Source of the DNA: the human T2T-CHM13v2.0 reference genome, Homo sapiens
DNA: 64,000 bases
Assembly: GCF_009914755.1 (NCBI RefSeq)
Contig: NC_060947.1
Reading direction: 5' to 3' (one strand)
Shown here: in pieces, positions 28,655 to 43,139 of the stretch
Position numbering within the stretch: position 1 is the stretch's first letter
Layout of the letters: every line of letters begins with the position of its first letter
The notes under the pieces: generated by a model
Database searches by the model: none
Told to the model about the DNA's origin: nothing
The model's input: the letters and a program-made list of their open reading frames with translations, nothing else
Made by a program: the position numbers and the translations under genes

Positions 28655-29850
28655 TTACAGATCAAATTCTGTTTTCAATGACTTCCTCATTAATACGCCA
28701 TCTCCCTGTTACACATACGATGCGCGCTTTATTATCTGGCAGGGGATTTACTGCAGTATGGATTTATTTGTGAGATTCTGAGCACATCTTCACTTCACAC
28801 CAGACTGCCAACCAGCTTCCCTGACCCCAGCATACTTGGAAACACACTAAGGACATGCGAATCTCTCGGCTCCAATTTTAACAAGCAGCTTCCCTTCCAC
28901 CTATTTACAAATTATAGCCAAGAGAACAAATGTTCACCTTTATAGAGTAATGTTTCCAGAAGGTACAGTTTACTATATTTGTGTGTTAACTCACTTGACT
29001 TTACTGACACCACTCTTACCTGTTTCTCCATCATAACAACCCTATTACATTGGGAACCCCTAACTTTTCTATAAAGTTTTAAATAAAATCAAGCCCATTT
29101 TGGAAAGCATGGACTTGGAATCTTTTTTAAACTACGAATGAGTATGATACAAACAGTAATAATATAAGATAGAAATCATTTGCTTTAGAGACTATACCAA
29201 ATATTATAGAATGTCCCATTGTGAAAAGTAGTTTAACACAGAATTAGCAATCAAGGCTTTTTGCCAGCCTCCTTAGCAGCTGTTAAAATTTGTTTGGAAC
29301 CTTAGCATGAGAAAAACTGCAACAACTGTAAACTACAGTGGTTCATCTGAAATAAATTTATGGTTATGAAAAGCACAGAAAAACATCTGCAAAGGAAAGA
29401 AAACACTAGGGGGGTAGAAGGGAAAGTTAGTAAAGCTTCCCAGAATTATCCCAGGGCCTGTCAGGGAAGGTTAAACAAGAGGTTTCCCCTACAGCTGCCA
29501 GAGACAGAATTGGAGCTACCAAGAGTTAAAGGAATCAAATAAAGGGTGGAAGGATCTAAGGGATTTCTATCTCTATCTCATAGACTGAGAGTAAGGAAAT
29601 ACACTGGGGTATAGCTAGGCAGTAACCTCCTAAGCAGAGGAATATATGAAGAAATGGGATGGGTAGTGCCATACATGATAGCACAGTCTGTACACAAACA
29701 AGAAGATATATTCCATATTGTGCAAAGGGCTCATTACAGTGATTCCCAAAGAGTAACTTCAAAGTAGCAACTTTAGATGGCATAAAACTGAATTTCAACA
29801 CATGCTAATAAATCAGGAGCTGAGCGGAAAGGTTAAAAAGTGCATGCTCA

Positions 29851-30155
29851 GGCTGGGCATTGTGTCTCACACCTGTAATCCCAGCACTTTGGGAAACCAA
29901 AGCGGGAGGATCGCTTGAGGCCAGGAGTTCAAGACCAGCTTGCACAACACATGGAGACTTCATCTCTACAAAGAATAACAATACAAAAATTAGCTGGGCA
30001 TGGTGGCACGAGTCTGTGGTCCCAGCTACTCTGGAAGCTGAACCGGGAGGATCACTTGAGCCCACTTCAAGGTCACATTGAGTTATGAGCTTGCTACTGC
30101 ACTCCAGCCTGAGCAACAGAGTGAGACTCTGTCTCAAAAAAAAAAAAAAAAAAAA
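29851..30155 (+). mobile_element. AluJ
   Basis: Full dimer with poly-A. Confidence 0.92.
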
Positions 30156-30208
30156 GCACGTTCAAAACAAAATAGAAACTCTGAGTGGAAAATCAAAAAA
30201 GACAATAT

Positions 30209-30538
<330 letters not shown>

Positions 30539-31421
30539 TTAATGCTGTTAAAAATTGACATACATTTGAGTCAAGTTCACAATAAATTCAGAAAACTGCA
30601 TTCAGGAATTTAAAAAGACATCAACTATTATCAATGGGTTATCTTTGCCTCAATTTTTATTAGCCAAGTGATTTATCCTCTCTCACTCCTCTTTCTTGTA
30701 ATCTTCTAAGCCATTCGTAGGCCAAATATATGTTAAGTGGAAATTTCCCAAGATTGATGTGGAAAATTGTCACAATAAAATGTAAATCCATGTTGATTAT
30801 CTTTCCATCATTAAGTATTTAGCAGTAACTTTAGACATACTGTAGAAATAATGTATAGAATGTTCAATGCATTTATTCTCTGAGGAGTTATAAATCTAAG
30901 ATGCACTGGATAGCTGTCACTGTCTTCTAGTGTATTACAAGACAGTGATGATAACGGCTGTGCATGTTAAAGATTGTTTTCTTGTCAAAAATGCCAGATA
31001 ACTGGACATTAGAGAGCTTGCTTAAGGCCACACTCCTTGAAGTCAACAAAACATATAAATATTTTTTAAGTTCCAATATAGTTCATATTACTTGCTACAT
31101 CTTAATGTTGGGTAAATCTGGACTACTAACTAACTACATGAGTTGAGCAATAATCTTAATTGGATGGTAGTTATATGTTAACAGTAAGATATTCATCCAA
31201 TAAGAAGTCAGAACAAGATAAAAATCTTTGTGCTATACATTTATACTGCGGGTTTATAGGGAATGTGTCTTAGAGATGTTCATCCTATATCTATGTAACA
31301 GTTTCTATCATATTAGGTCCTCCACACTCCACCATCCTCCACAGCCAGGTTAATCGACTACTATCACCTAAGCTTCTCATACGCAACCCTGTACCTTCAC
31401 ACATGAGGTCTCCTTACTTTA

Positions 31422-31810
<389 letters not shown>

Positions 31811-31958
31811 GACTTCTGACTAGTCTCAGTTTATACTTAACTTTCCACAACTTTGAATTCCTCTAACACTTATCAATAGTTTATATCACAGGATTATATT
31901 CTTGTTCATATGTAGGAATTATTCTCGGTAATTATGTAAAAAAAAATATAATAAGTCG

Positions 31959-32104
31959 GGCCGGGCGCAGTGGCTCATGCCTGTAATCCCAGGCCGAGGT
32001 TTCACCGTGTTGGTCAGGCTGGTCTCGAACTCCTGACCTCATGATCCACCCACCTCAGCCTCCCAAAGTGCTGGGATTAGAGGCGTGAGCCACCACGCCG
32101 GGCC
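31959..32104. mobile_element. Chimeric Alu: sense 5' end fused to an antisense left arm
   Basis: ggccgggcgcagtggctcatgcctgtaatcccaggccgagg joined to tttcaccgtgttggtc...gccgggcc. Confidence 0.9.
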
Positions 32105-32721
32105 AAAAAGAAATTTTTTTAAAGCCTTGTATATGTCCTACGCCAAAACACTGTTGCTATTTCAGAGCATAAGGCTGAAAGTCAGGATATGGCAAGAAGA
32201 CAATATTTCTGTAGGATAAGGCGTTGTGTTTCTGTCTCTTTGTGTCTGCCAAAAAATGGAATTATGAGATTAACTACCTTGTTCCCTACTACTATCCTAA
32301 GTGGTCTTAACATTTGTAATGCAAGCTCCTCAACTGTTTATCTCTACTGCTATTATAAATATTACCATAGCTGACCTCTCTAAAAGAATGGTGAAGAATT
32401 TATCACTGATATCAGCATCCTAATAAATATATCATGGATGAAAATAATGATGTTTGTTTGCTACTACTAAGATTTAAACAGAATTTATACTAGAGTATGT
32501 AACAGCTTATAGTTAAAAAACCTTGCTAGGGGAAAGATATGACCTAGATTGCCACAAGATAATTTGAAACCTGTCTAAAAAGCAAACCATCTGACTAATT
32601 CCACACGTACCATTATTCACACATTTTGAATCTGCTAATGTTTCAGTTCCGTTAATGTTTAATTTGGACTAAAAATTAACTCACTGAGCTAAAAATTAAC
32701 TCACCCAGTCTAGTACCAGAG

Positions 32722-33058
32722 ACTGGATGAGTTAAGCAACAAACATTTATTTCTCACAGTTCTGGAGGCTGGGGAGTACAAGATCAGGGTGCCAGCACTG
32801 TCAGTTCTGGTGAGGGCCCACTTCCTTGTTTACGAATAGCTATTTTCTTGCTATATTCTCACATGGGAGAGAGCAGACAGGCAGACAGGCCCTGTGTCTC
32901 CTCTTCTTTTTATAAGGGTGCTAATCCCATTCATGAGGTCTCCATCCTTATGATGTAATTTCCCCCCAAAAGGACCCAATTCCCAAAACTACCATATTGG
33001 TATAAGGGTTTTAATATATTAATTTGGGGGGTGGGACAAAAATATTCAGTTCATTGCA
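32722..33058 (-). mobile_element. MLT1A0-like MaLR LTR
   Basis: atttatttctcacagttctggaggctggg...tattcagttcattgca. Confidence 0.8.
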
Positions 33059-33334
33059 GTTAATAATGAACATAACCAGAATGATTGAAAGAGTCTGACT
33101 TCCCTCTTTCAACACTTTAAATGTTTCTGAGATACACACACACACACACACAATCCAGCAGCTCTGAAAACCCATTCACCCAGAAAACATTAGTAGTTGC
33201 CCCAAGTTATTCAAATACAGTTTTCCTGAGAAGAGATTAATTTTAAGTGGTAGCTTAGGTCTCTGTGGCATCCCCCCTCCCAGAAATCAAACCCCAGAAC
33301 TCACCAGTAGCCAAATATCCTAAAAGTTCCCTGG

Positions 33335-33814
33335 TGTATTATTAGTCCATTTTCATACACCATGACTGGGTAATTTATAAAGAAAAAGACATACCCAAGA
33401 CTGGGTAATTTACAAAGAAAAAGAGGTCTCCTGCTGATAAAGACATACCCAAGAGTGCGTAATTTATTACCAAAAAAAAAAAGAGGTTTAATGGACTCAT
33501 ATTTATTACCAAAAAAAAAGAGGTTTAATGGACTCATAGTTCTACGTGACTGGGGAGGCCTCATAATCATGGTGGAAGGTGAAAGTCATGTCTTACATGG
33601 TGCCAGGCAAAAGAGATTGAGAGCCAAGTGAAAGGTGAAACCCCTTATAAAACCATCAGGGCTCATGAGATTTATTCACTACCATGAGAACAGTATGGGG
33701 GAAACCACCCCATGATTCAGTTATCTCCCAGAGAGTCCCTCCCACAACACATGGAAATTATGGGAGCTACAATTCAAGATGAGATTTGCGTGGGGACACA
33801 GCCAAATCATATCA
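33335..33814 (-). mobile_element. THE1 (B/C-like) solo LTR with internal duplications
   Basis: tgtatt...ggggacacagccaaatcatatca; 5-bp TSD cctgg. Confidence 0.9.
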
Positions 33815-33881
33815 CCTGGCATGCTCTAAAATCTAATTGACCCTATTTAAGTACAACCCTGACAAGAGATACAAAACTAGG

Positions 33882-34306
33882 TGTGTCCGTTCCCTAGGGC
33901 TGCTATATATCAGAAACTGGGTGGCTTAAAACCACAGAATCTTATTCTCTAGAGAGAGTAGAAGTCTGAAGTCAAGGCATTGGCAGGACTTTGCTCCCTC
34001 CAAAGCCTATGGGGGTGGAACCTTCTTCCAACTTCTGGTAGCCCCAGGCTTTTCTTGACTTGTGGCAGCATAACTCCAAGGCAGAGAATCTCCGCCAATT
34101 TCCCTCTGTGTCTGCCTGTGTTTAAACTGTCCCCTTCTTATGAGGACACTAGTAATATTAGATTAGGAGCCACCCTTAACATATATGACCTCATCTTAAT
34201 CTGATTGCATCTGCAAATACCTATTTCTAAATAAGGTCACATTCACAGGTACTGGGGACTGGGACATAATATATCTTTTTGGGTGACACAATTCAACCCA
34301 TATCAC
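33882..34306 (-). mobile_element. MLT1C-like MaLR LTR
   Basis: ctagggctgct...ctgggtggcttaaaac...aaataaggtcacattcacaggtact...caattcaacccatatca. Confidence 0.8.
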
Positions 34307-36128
34307 TGGGCATAATAATGTCTGAATGGCCCTTTAGGCTCTGTCTTTTCTTAGCTCTCCTATTCAAATTTTGAATAAGAAATCCAATTATGTTTTATAT
34401 TATTAATTTTGATATATTATTTGTAAAACGCTAACTAAATGTAATATTCAATAAATGCAAGCATAGAGATTCAGTTTACTTTGCTAATGTTTTGTAACAC
34501 TTTTTAAGTATCTTCCAGATCCCACACTGGATAAATACATATCTCAGAACTAGAATCAAGTACACAGTCATTTAAGACCAAAACCACAGATGTCACAGGC
34601 TCCATGTGGTCAATGCCTTTAAGCAGACAGTCTGCTACAATCTGTACCAACTGACACTTCCAGGTGGTGTACAAGAGAAGCCTCAGGGAGGAGACTGCAT
34701 TGCTTCAATCTAGCCGCAGGGTAACATATATCACAGAAATCGACTTTTTAAAAATTTTCCACCAGGAGATCTAGGTACTTCTTAATTGCTTTCCTTCTTC
34801 TCCTTAAATTTGTCCTGGGGAAAAGTGAGTACATAATTTCTATTATTTGATGAGATTCTAATATTTGTGTGGATGCTGATGTTGGATCAGTGATATCACT
34901 GCACCAACTGTGGAATGACAACCAGTCACAGCGACAGGATTGTGTAGGGGTATCTTAAGGAAAGTACAATGCTAGGACAAGCTCTATTACAGGCCAGTGA
35001 TACACTCTTTTAAAGGAAAATGAGTCAATGCAACACCACCAGAACAAAACTTTTCTGGAAACACTTTGAGTATATTTTGCTGTTAGATCTGATAACTTAA
35101 ATTCAAAATGAAATGAGCACGTCTATGACATCTACTACCCCATGGGGAGGAATAGTGTACAGGGTCTTTTGCACCTAAGTCTTTCTGGGCCTTTTAACTC
35201 TCAAATCTTCATTCAATGCTACTGAGCTCAGTTATGCCTCCGGGCAGGAGGAAGCTTGGAAGCCCTAAGCCAGTAAGTAGGTGACCTGCTCAAAATCAAG
35301 CTACTTTACTGGTGTTTCCATGCTGACCTATACTGCTTTTTGTGTATTATATTCTAATATGTGACCTAATTCCTACAACTAGATATTGGCCTTCTGCCAT
35401 AGTACCTACATCTCTGCCGTGGTTTTGACACCATTCCTCCAAGTCTAGCATTATGACTGATCACCGAGTCTTGACAGAACCTCAGATCCATCCTAAATCC
35501 TAGTTCCTATTGCTGGCTTCCTGAGGCCCACTGAAGGTCCACCTGGTGCCTGTGGCTACTGTTCATGTCTGAATAGCCTAACAGGTCTTAGTGGCAGACT
35601 TCTAAAATCTCATATCATATCCCACATTCCTTCTGGTAATCAGTAACATATGGGTTCCAGTCCACCTTCTGATCCATTCTAAACTCCAGTTTATGATTTG
35701 GGATAATAATTTCTTAAACTTGGTAACCTAAATAAGTAGTCAGTCAAAACATAAGCACCCCATAGAAATATTAAGTGTAGTCACATACTAATTTGATTCA
35801 GAGATTAACAGGGATACTTATGAAATTGTCTACTGTTATTTATATTGCATATTTTGAAGGTTTGGAATTACTATTTCTCCCTAGCTGGTCTGGATGCTCA
35901 TTAATTTCCTTCTTTCTTTTTCCTCCTTCTAGCAATGGTTATGAGATAAAGCTTGTGTTTGTCTATTTATTAGGATTCTTCATTTTAAAAACTGTGTCAA
36001 GCTTAAGTCTTTATGAGATGGCTCTGATTTTATACAGCATTTCACACTGATGTTGGAAACTTTTAAAAAATTGATTATAGTTCTCATATCCATCAGATGA
36101 AGGAGCACTTGCTTAACAGGAAATCCCC

Positions 36129-36803
<675 letters not shown>

Positions 36804-37009
36804 AGCCCCTTTAAGGTTACAACCTCTCCCTTGAAGAACAAACAGAAAAGAGGATGATCTTTGACACTTTGTTAATATCTTGTTCTTGGTATTTGATGCT
36901 TTCCATCATGAGCCTCTACAATTTGTGTTAAGAATGATATATTTGAACGATGATTTTCAAACACTTAGTTACAGCTGAAAGTTTTAGAGAGTCGACTTAT
37001 AGGAAACCT

Positions 37010-37600
37010 GGTATAACCTTGTGCAGCTCACTTAACCTCTTTGAACCTTGGTTTATTTACATAAAAAGGGATAATAAGCCCTGTCTTGATCACCACAAAA
37101 AATGTTATGATGATCAAAAGTGATAAGGTGTAAAAGAATTTTCAGGTTGTAGAACTCTGTACAAATACAAGGACTTCTTAAAAGTAAAGGGCAGGGACTG
37201 CTGAACATTTCTAAAGGGGCTTTTTTGTCTTCCCATGTTTATCAAGTTTTGAAGAATAACTATGAGGTAATAAATTGTACACACAACAAAAACTGCATGA
37301 GAGAACAGACCTAGGAAGCACCGTAGTCTTGTGATATACTTTAGTAGTTAAAAGTACTTGCTTTGACACAGAAAAGCCTGGTCTAAGTTCTGCCACTTAC
37401 TCTTTGACTAATGCAACTCTTTAAGCGTTCGTTTCCTCACCTATAAAATGGAGAAAATAATAAAATTTCCTTATAGGTTATTTACCGTATTAATTGAGAT
37501 AATAATGAATGTAAAGGAGTTAACATATCAGCACAATATATGACACATGGTAAGCACTGAATAAACGTTGATTATCTTTATCATTGATAATATTATCCTT
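37010..37600 (+). mobile_element. Two MIR copies
   Basis: cacttaacctctttgaacc; tctgccacttact...gtttcctcacctataaaatggag...acacatggtaagcactgaataaac. Confidence 0.75.
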
Positions 37601-37730
37601 ATTCCTAAGAACCTAGACATTATTCAAGAGACGAGTGCTCTTACACTTTTGAAACCACAATCGCACTATATCTTAACACCCTAAATCCTCAGAATTGTCT
37701 TGTAGAATAGCTAAAGACAGTACGAAAATG

Positions 37731-38131
<401 letters not shown>

Positions 38132-38659
38132 TCAGTTTATAGAGTCAGGCCGAATTGAGTAACAACCCAGCTTTGAATTCTACATTAGTGGGAGCAGGTG
38201 GTCAGGCATAAATGGGGGCAAATCTGATCAGATGGTCACAGATCAACACTTGAGCTTTGAGGTTCAAACTGGGTTTAAATAAGGAAATAGAATTTAGGCC
38301 TGGAGAGAGGAAAAGGAGAACAGAAGTATAGCTGGGGTAGGACACAAAAAGTACCTGTCTGACAGGCTGCTCTCTGTTCTGGACTAAAACACCTTTGTGA
38401 GTATGAGTGATTAAGGACTAATAGGAACATGCAGTGTTGTTGAATGAGGCAATGTTCTCCAGGTTCTGGTGACTACAGAAGAGATTCTTGATCCCCAGGG
38501 AGTCTTAAGAGTTCTAAAAAAATCTTTACCCATTTTTATGTGTATATGAGTCTGAAAAATTAACTTACAGATATCTAGCCAGTGTGTTGATCAAGAATAG
38601 CAGTAGGAACTGGCGTGAGGTTCTAGACTATCTGCATTTTGATCTTGCTCTTGATTTTA

Positions 38660-38800
38660 TCTTATTTTAATTGTATAACATATAGTTAAAGTGTCCAACA
38701 TGACATTTTGATATACTTATCTTGAAATACGTATACATAGAGATTACTACAGTTAAACAAATGAACATACACAACATCTCATGTAGTGGCCTTTCTTTTT
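38660..38800 (-). mobile_element. L1MA 3' end fragment
   Basis: caacatgacattttgatatac...gattactacagttaaacaaatgaacata. Confidence 0.6.
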
Positions 38801-38879
38801 ACAGATATTCTTTTCTGTTGATATTAAGGTTGGCTAAGGGAGAGGATATGCTAGAAAGGAAAAAAGAGGACTTGATAAG

Positions 38880-39085
38880 GATAATGAGTGACACATGATA
38901 GTGTTTATCATGTGCTGTTCTAAATTCTTTGCATGTGATTATCCTTATTTAATCTTCTCAGCATCCCTGTGAGGTATATATTATTATTATCTTTATTTTC
39001 CAGATGGTAATCTGAGGCATCTCAAGGCTAAGTAACCAGCATGTGGTGAAGCCAGGATTCAAAACTAAGCAGTTGGTCTCCAATT
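38880..39085 (-). mobile_element. MIR
   Basis: atttaatcttctcagcatccctgtgagg...attttccagatgg...ctgaggc. Confidence 0.75.
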
Positions 39086-39439
39086 TCTCTAGCACTAATA
39101 TTGAGCATCTATTAGTGCACCAATAAATATTTTCCCAGTGAATGAATAAATAAATATTCAATGTTAGAAAAGGTTGTAATTGTACGTGTATACCCAGATT
39201 CTCTTAGATTGCAAGTATACTGGCTATCAAGAAGTGTTTTCTATAGTTCTTTACCTACTATTTATCTCCCCCATATTCAGTGCTTACAGATAATTGGTAC
39301 TGATGATGGAAATAAGAATTAAATTCAATGCCTAATAGATAGTTCACTCATAACAAGCACTCTTTATTTTATTCCCCAAACACACCCCAATTTCAGCCTT
39401 TCTGGCCTCGATTAATTCTGATGACTTTAGCTTGACAAT

Positions 39440-40175
39440 CTTTGCAGAATCTGACCACTTCTCACTACTCCCACTACCACCACCTTAGTCCAAGCCGCTG
39501 CCAACAACCTTGTAGATTACTGCCAGAACATGTTTTCCTGTTTCTGCCTTGGCCTCTTTTCAGTAGCCAGAGCCATCCCCTTAATAATTTAAGTCCAATC
39601 ATGTCATTCCCTTGCTCACTTCAATGTCTCCCATCTCACTCGGAGTAAAAGACAAAGACCTTACAATGGTTTACAGGATCTACCTCCTGCCAATCCTATT
39701 ATCTCCCTGACCACATCCCCTGAGTCTCTGTCCCTTTCACTCTCACTGCACTCCAGCCACCCTGGCCTCTGCGCTGCACCTATAACTCACGAGGAATGCT
39801 CCTCACTTAAGGACTGTGTTCTGCCTGCACTTTTCCTCCCCCACACCTGTATGGCTCACTCCTACACCTCCTTCAAGTCTTTGTTTATATGTCACCTCAG
39901 TGAGGTACATCCCAATCATCCTTTTTTAAATCACACCCTCCCCCAACACTCCAGATCCCATTTCCCTGTTTTACTTATTTTTCTGAAGCCCTTAGCTTTG
40001 GAACATACAATTTTCTGATGTGTTTTATGTTTATTGTCTGTCTCCCTTCACTAGAATGTTAACTCCACAAAGGCAGGACTTTTTGTCTGTCTGTTTTGTA
40101 TGCTGGTGTATCCGAAGAAGCTAGAAGAATACCTAGCACAGAGTTAGCACTCAATCAGTACATGACTGTTGAACT
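39440..40175 (+). mobile_element. L2a 3' region
   Basis: cagaatctgaccacttctcac...ctagaatgttaactccacaaaggcagg...acctagcacagagttagcactcaat. Confidence 0.85.
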
Positions 40176-41936
40176 AGATAGGAGATTCTCATGTGGAACA
40201 GTGATAAACTGGCCTCAGGTTAAATACAATCTATCCAGTGGTACTTAAAGCAATACTTCAAGATAACTCAGGTCCATGATTAGCTGCTGGCTCGGGTCGG
40301 CAAATACCACCACCACTACCTGCCCACCACTCCACCACCCTCAGAATTTGTTCAAAGCTAGTATAGGTATATTCAAACTGTACCGGTATATTCTATTACA
40401 TTCAACAAGCTTTATGGTATGCACAAGGCAAATCCACCACCAGGTTTAAGGACAGAATAAAATGTAAACCAGCACACAAAAATGTCATAATAAAATAGAA
40501 CCTCTAAAAGTCTACCCTGCAAATGAGCCCATGAAAATGGGCTGTTCAAATGTTAGCCATAAAAGTGATAAATTCATGAAAACCAATGCATTTGCTAAAC
40601 TCATAAAAACACTTCTTTTAATTTGAGATTTTTGCATTTCTTTTTTCATTGTTGGTTAAAAGCTAAATCACAGCTAAATGGCATATTATGTTCCAGAAAA
40701 CATTTCCATTTGCAATCAATTAAAATACCATTTATTACAGTAGAAGAGTATATGTGCATCATAGAAAATTAGAAAATACAAGTAAGCAAAAACTTAAAAA
40801 TGAAGGCTTCACATTGTCACCATCAGAGATCCCCTAAGACAACTCTATAGTAAATATGTTTCTTAACTTTGTTATGCATGTATTATATATAATATGCGGT
40901 TTTATATATTTTGACCAAAATAAGATTATATTGTTTAGAACTTGTTTTCTTGAAGTCAATGATCTGCACCTTTGCCTTTAAGTAAGATTTCAGCTCATCT
41001 GATGCCCAAACCACATTAAAATTTTCCCCCAATTGAATGAAAAATGTAATTTATAGCTAGTTTGCCATAAACAGTATTCAATCAAGGACAATGCAGTGAA
41101 AATAACTTTTTAAGTAATAAGCAGCCCAAACTTCTTTAGTCACATTATTTTATTTTTGGGAAAATTCCAACCCAAAACACTCTCTTATCTGAAAATATTT
41201 ATTTTTAATGCTGCATCTATCTAAATATGATTTAAGTTCTGTTCAGTCTAAATTCGTCAGTGATTTATTAACTAAAATTGTAGAATAGATGCTTAAAAGT
41301 ACAACATGTTCTAATATTAAAATAAGAGAAAACTTGTTTAATTATAAGAAAAAGGCTTAGATCATTGTAATTGTTAAAAAAAAAAATACACAGTACCATA
41401 GGACAACTTGCTTTGCTAAGTTTTTATGATCATGGTCATTACTCATCTGAAACTGATTTTTTAAACTGCTTTTTCTCTTTTTACCACATAATAAACTATT
41501 CATATTCTGTGACATTTTATTAAGCTTTTTCAGTCATAAAAGTGAAACTTATTTCTGTTACTCTTGGTGATAATAAAGGGTTATGTGATAAAATGACAAG
41601 GACCCTAGAATTAATGGAAAATATAAGTCACTTGTATTCGACAACTCTTTTTCTTCAACATCCTTTAAATTTCAATTTATATTGTCCTTAAAAACAATTA
41701 ATGGAAGACTTTCCATGGTGATTTTCTGAATGAATCCTCTTTCTAAACATAAAGTGCAAACATACAACACTCATAAAATTAATAAATCCATCCATCTATA
41801 CAGGTTCTAATCTGTCTTTGTGTGTTTGAGATGTGAGTATTATATGAAGAAAACTGAAGACTCTCAAGTTATACTCTGCAAAATGTTTCTTTAAATTCCA
41901 GAAATATGATGTTGACATCCCCTGGGTTTTGTGATA

Positions 41937-42330
41937 TAGTGAGGCTATGACGACAAAACTTTCTGAAAGAAGTGAAAATCAGGGGGTTGGCTCAAAATGT
42001 GGTTTGATGAGGAAGAACTGAATAAGCCCATACCAGCCCTGGGTGTTTCTGTGAGGGTAGGTTTAAGGACAGAATATTCTGGGGAAAATAAAGGTCTTGA
42101 AGTGGATCTGAACACGTTGAGTTGAAGGAGAACTTGAACTAAAGTCTCTCTCCTGGGGGCTTCTATTAGGGTTTTCATGCATCTGTGGGGAAAGGGGTGT
42201 AAGAACAGAACTTTCTTGAAGAAGTAGTCAAGAGTGGGCTCACTACATGACTGGATAAAGAAGAACTAAGTCAGTTGCTTTGGGGATTTATGTGAGGGTT
42301 GGGGGATAAGAACAGATCTTTCTATAAAAG
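41937..42330 (+). repeat. Degenerate tandem repeat A, ~110-130 bp unit, ~3.5 copies
   Basis: Recurring gtgaggg..taag(a/g)acagaa..ttct and gaagaact motifs at ~41939, 42051, 42185, 42292. Confidence 0.65.
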
Positions 42331-42430
42331 AGCTATATAATGGAAGACAGAACTAATCAGAAGCTGTTACTTCATGGGGACAGACTTATTATATATGATA
42401 ATGAGCTTATAAATAGCAAGTCACAAATAG

Positions 42431-42734
<304 letters not shown>

Positions 42735-43139
42735 ACTTCTTTTATTTTGTGGGTTTTCTTTGCCTATTATTTCAAAGCTGGCACTCTTCTCCTACTTCTG
42801 ATTTTAAGCCACATTACGGGACGAGTTCCAATGCACCTTTTGCTCCCCTTATGCTTCTATTTTCTGTCGTCATAGCTTTTACATATGGATTATGTACATT
42901 GAACCTCCAGGATAAAGTATCTAGGGTTCAGACACTATAAACTAGAGGGCCAAGGGACTTATGGAGGCCACATCCAAGAAGGTATTTCTGGAGGGATGGA
43001 AATGGAAATAGGGAAATGTGGTGGTAAAAAGTAAAATGAGAATAGAATTATTATTAGGGGAAAGCTTGAGTTTGGGTTTGGACAAAGAAACTGTCAAAAA
43101 ACAAAATCTAGGGGAAAGCTTAGGCTCCAGATGAACACC

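Noticed and set aside
32669-32705. 20-bp tandem duplication ctaaaaattaactcac
   Set aside because: Ordinary slippage; only an imperfect MEF2-like motif.
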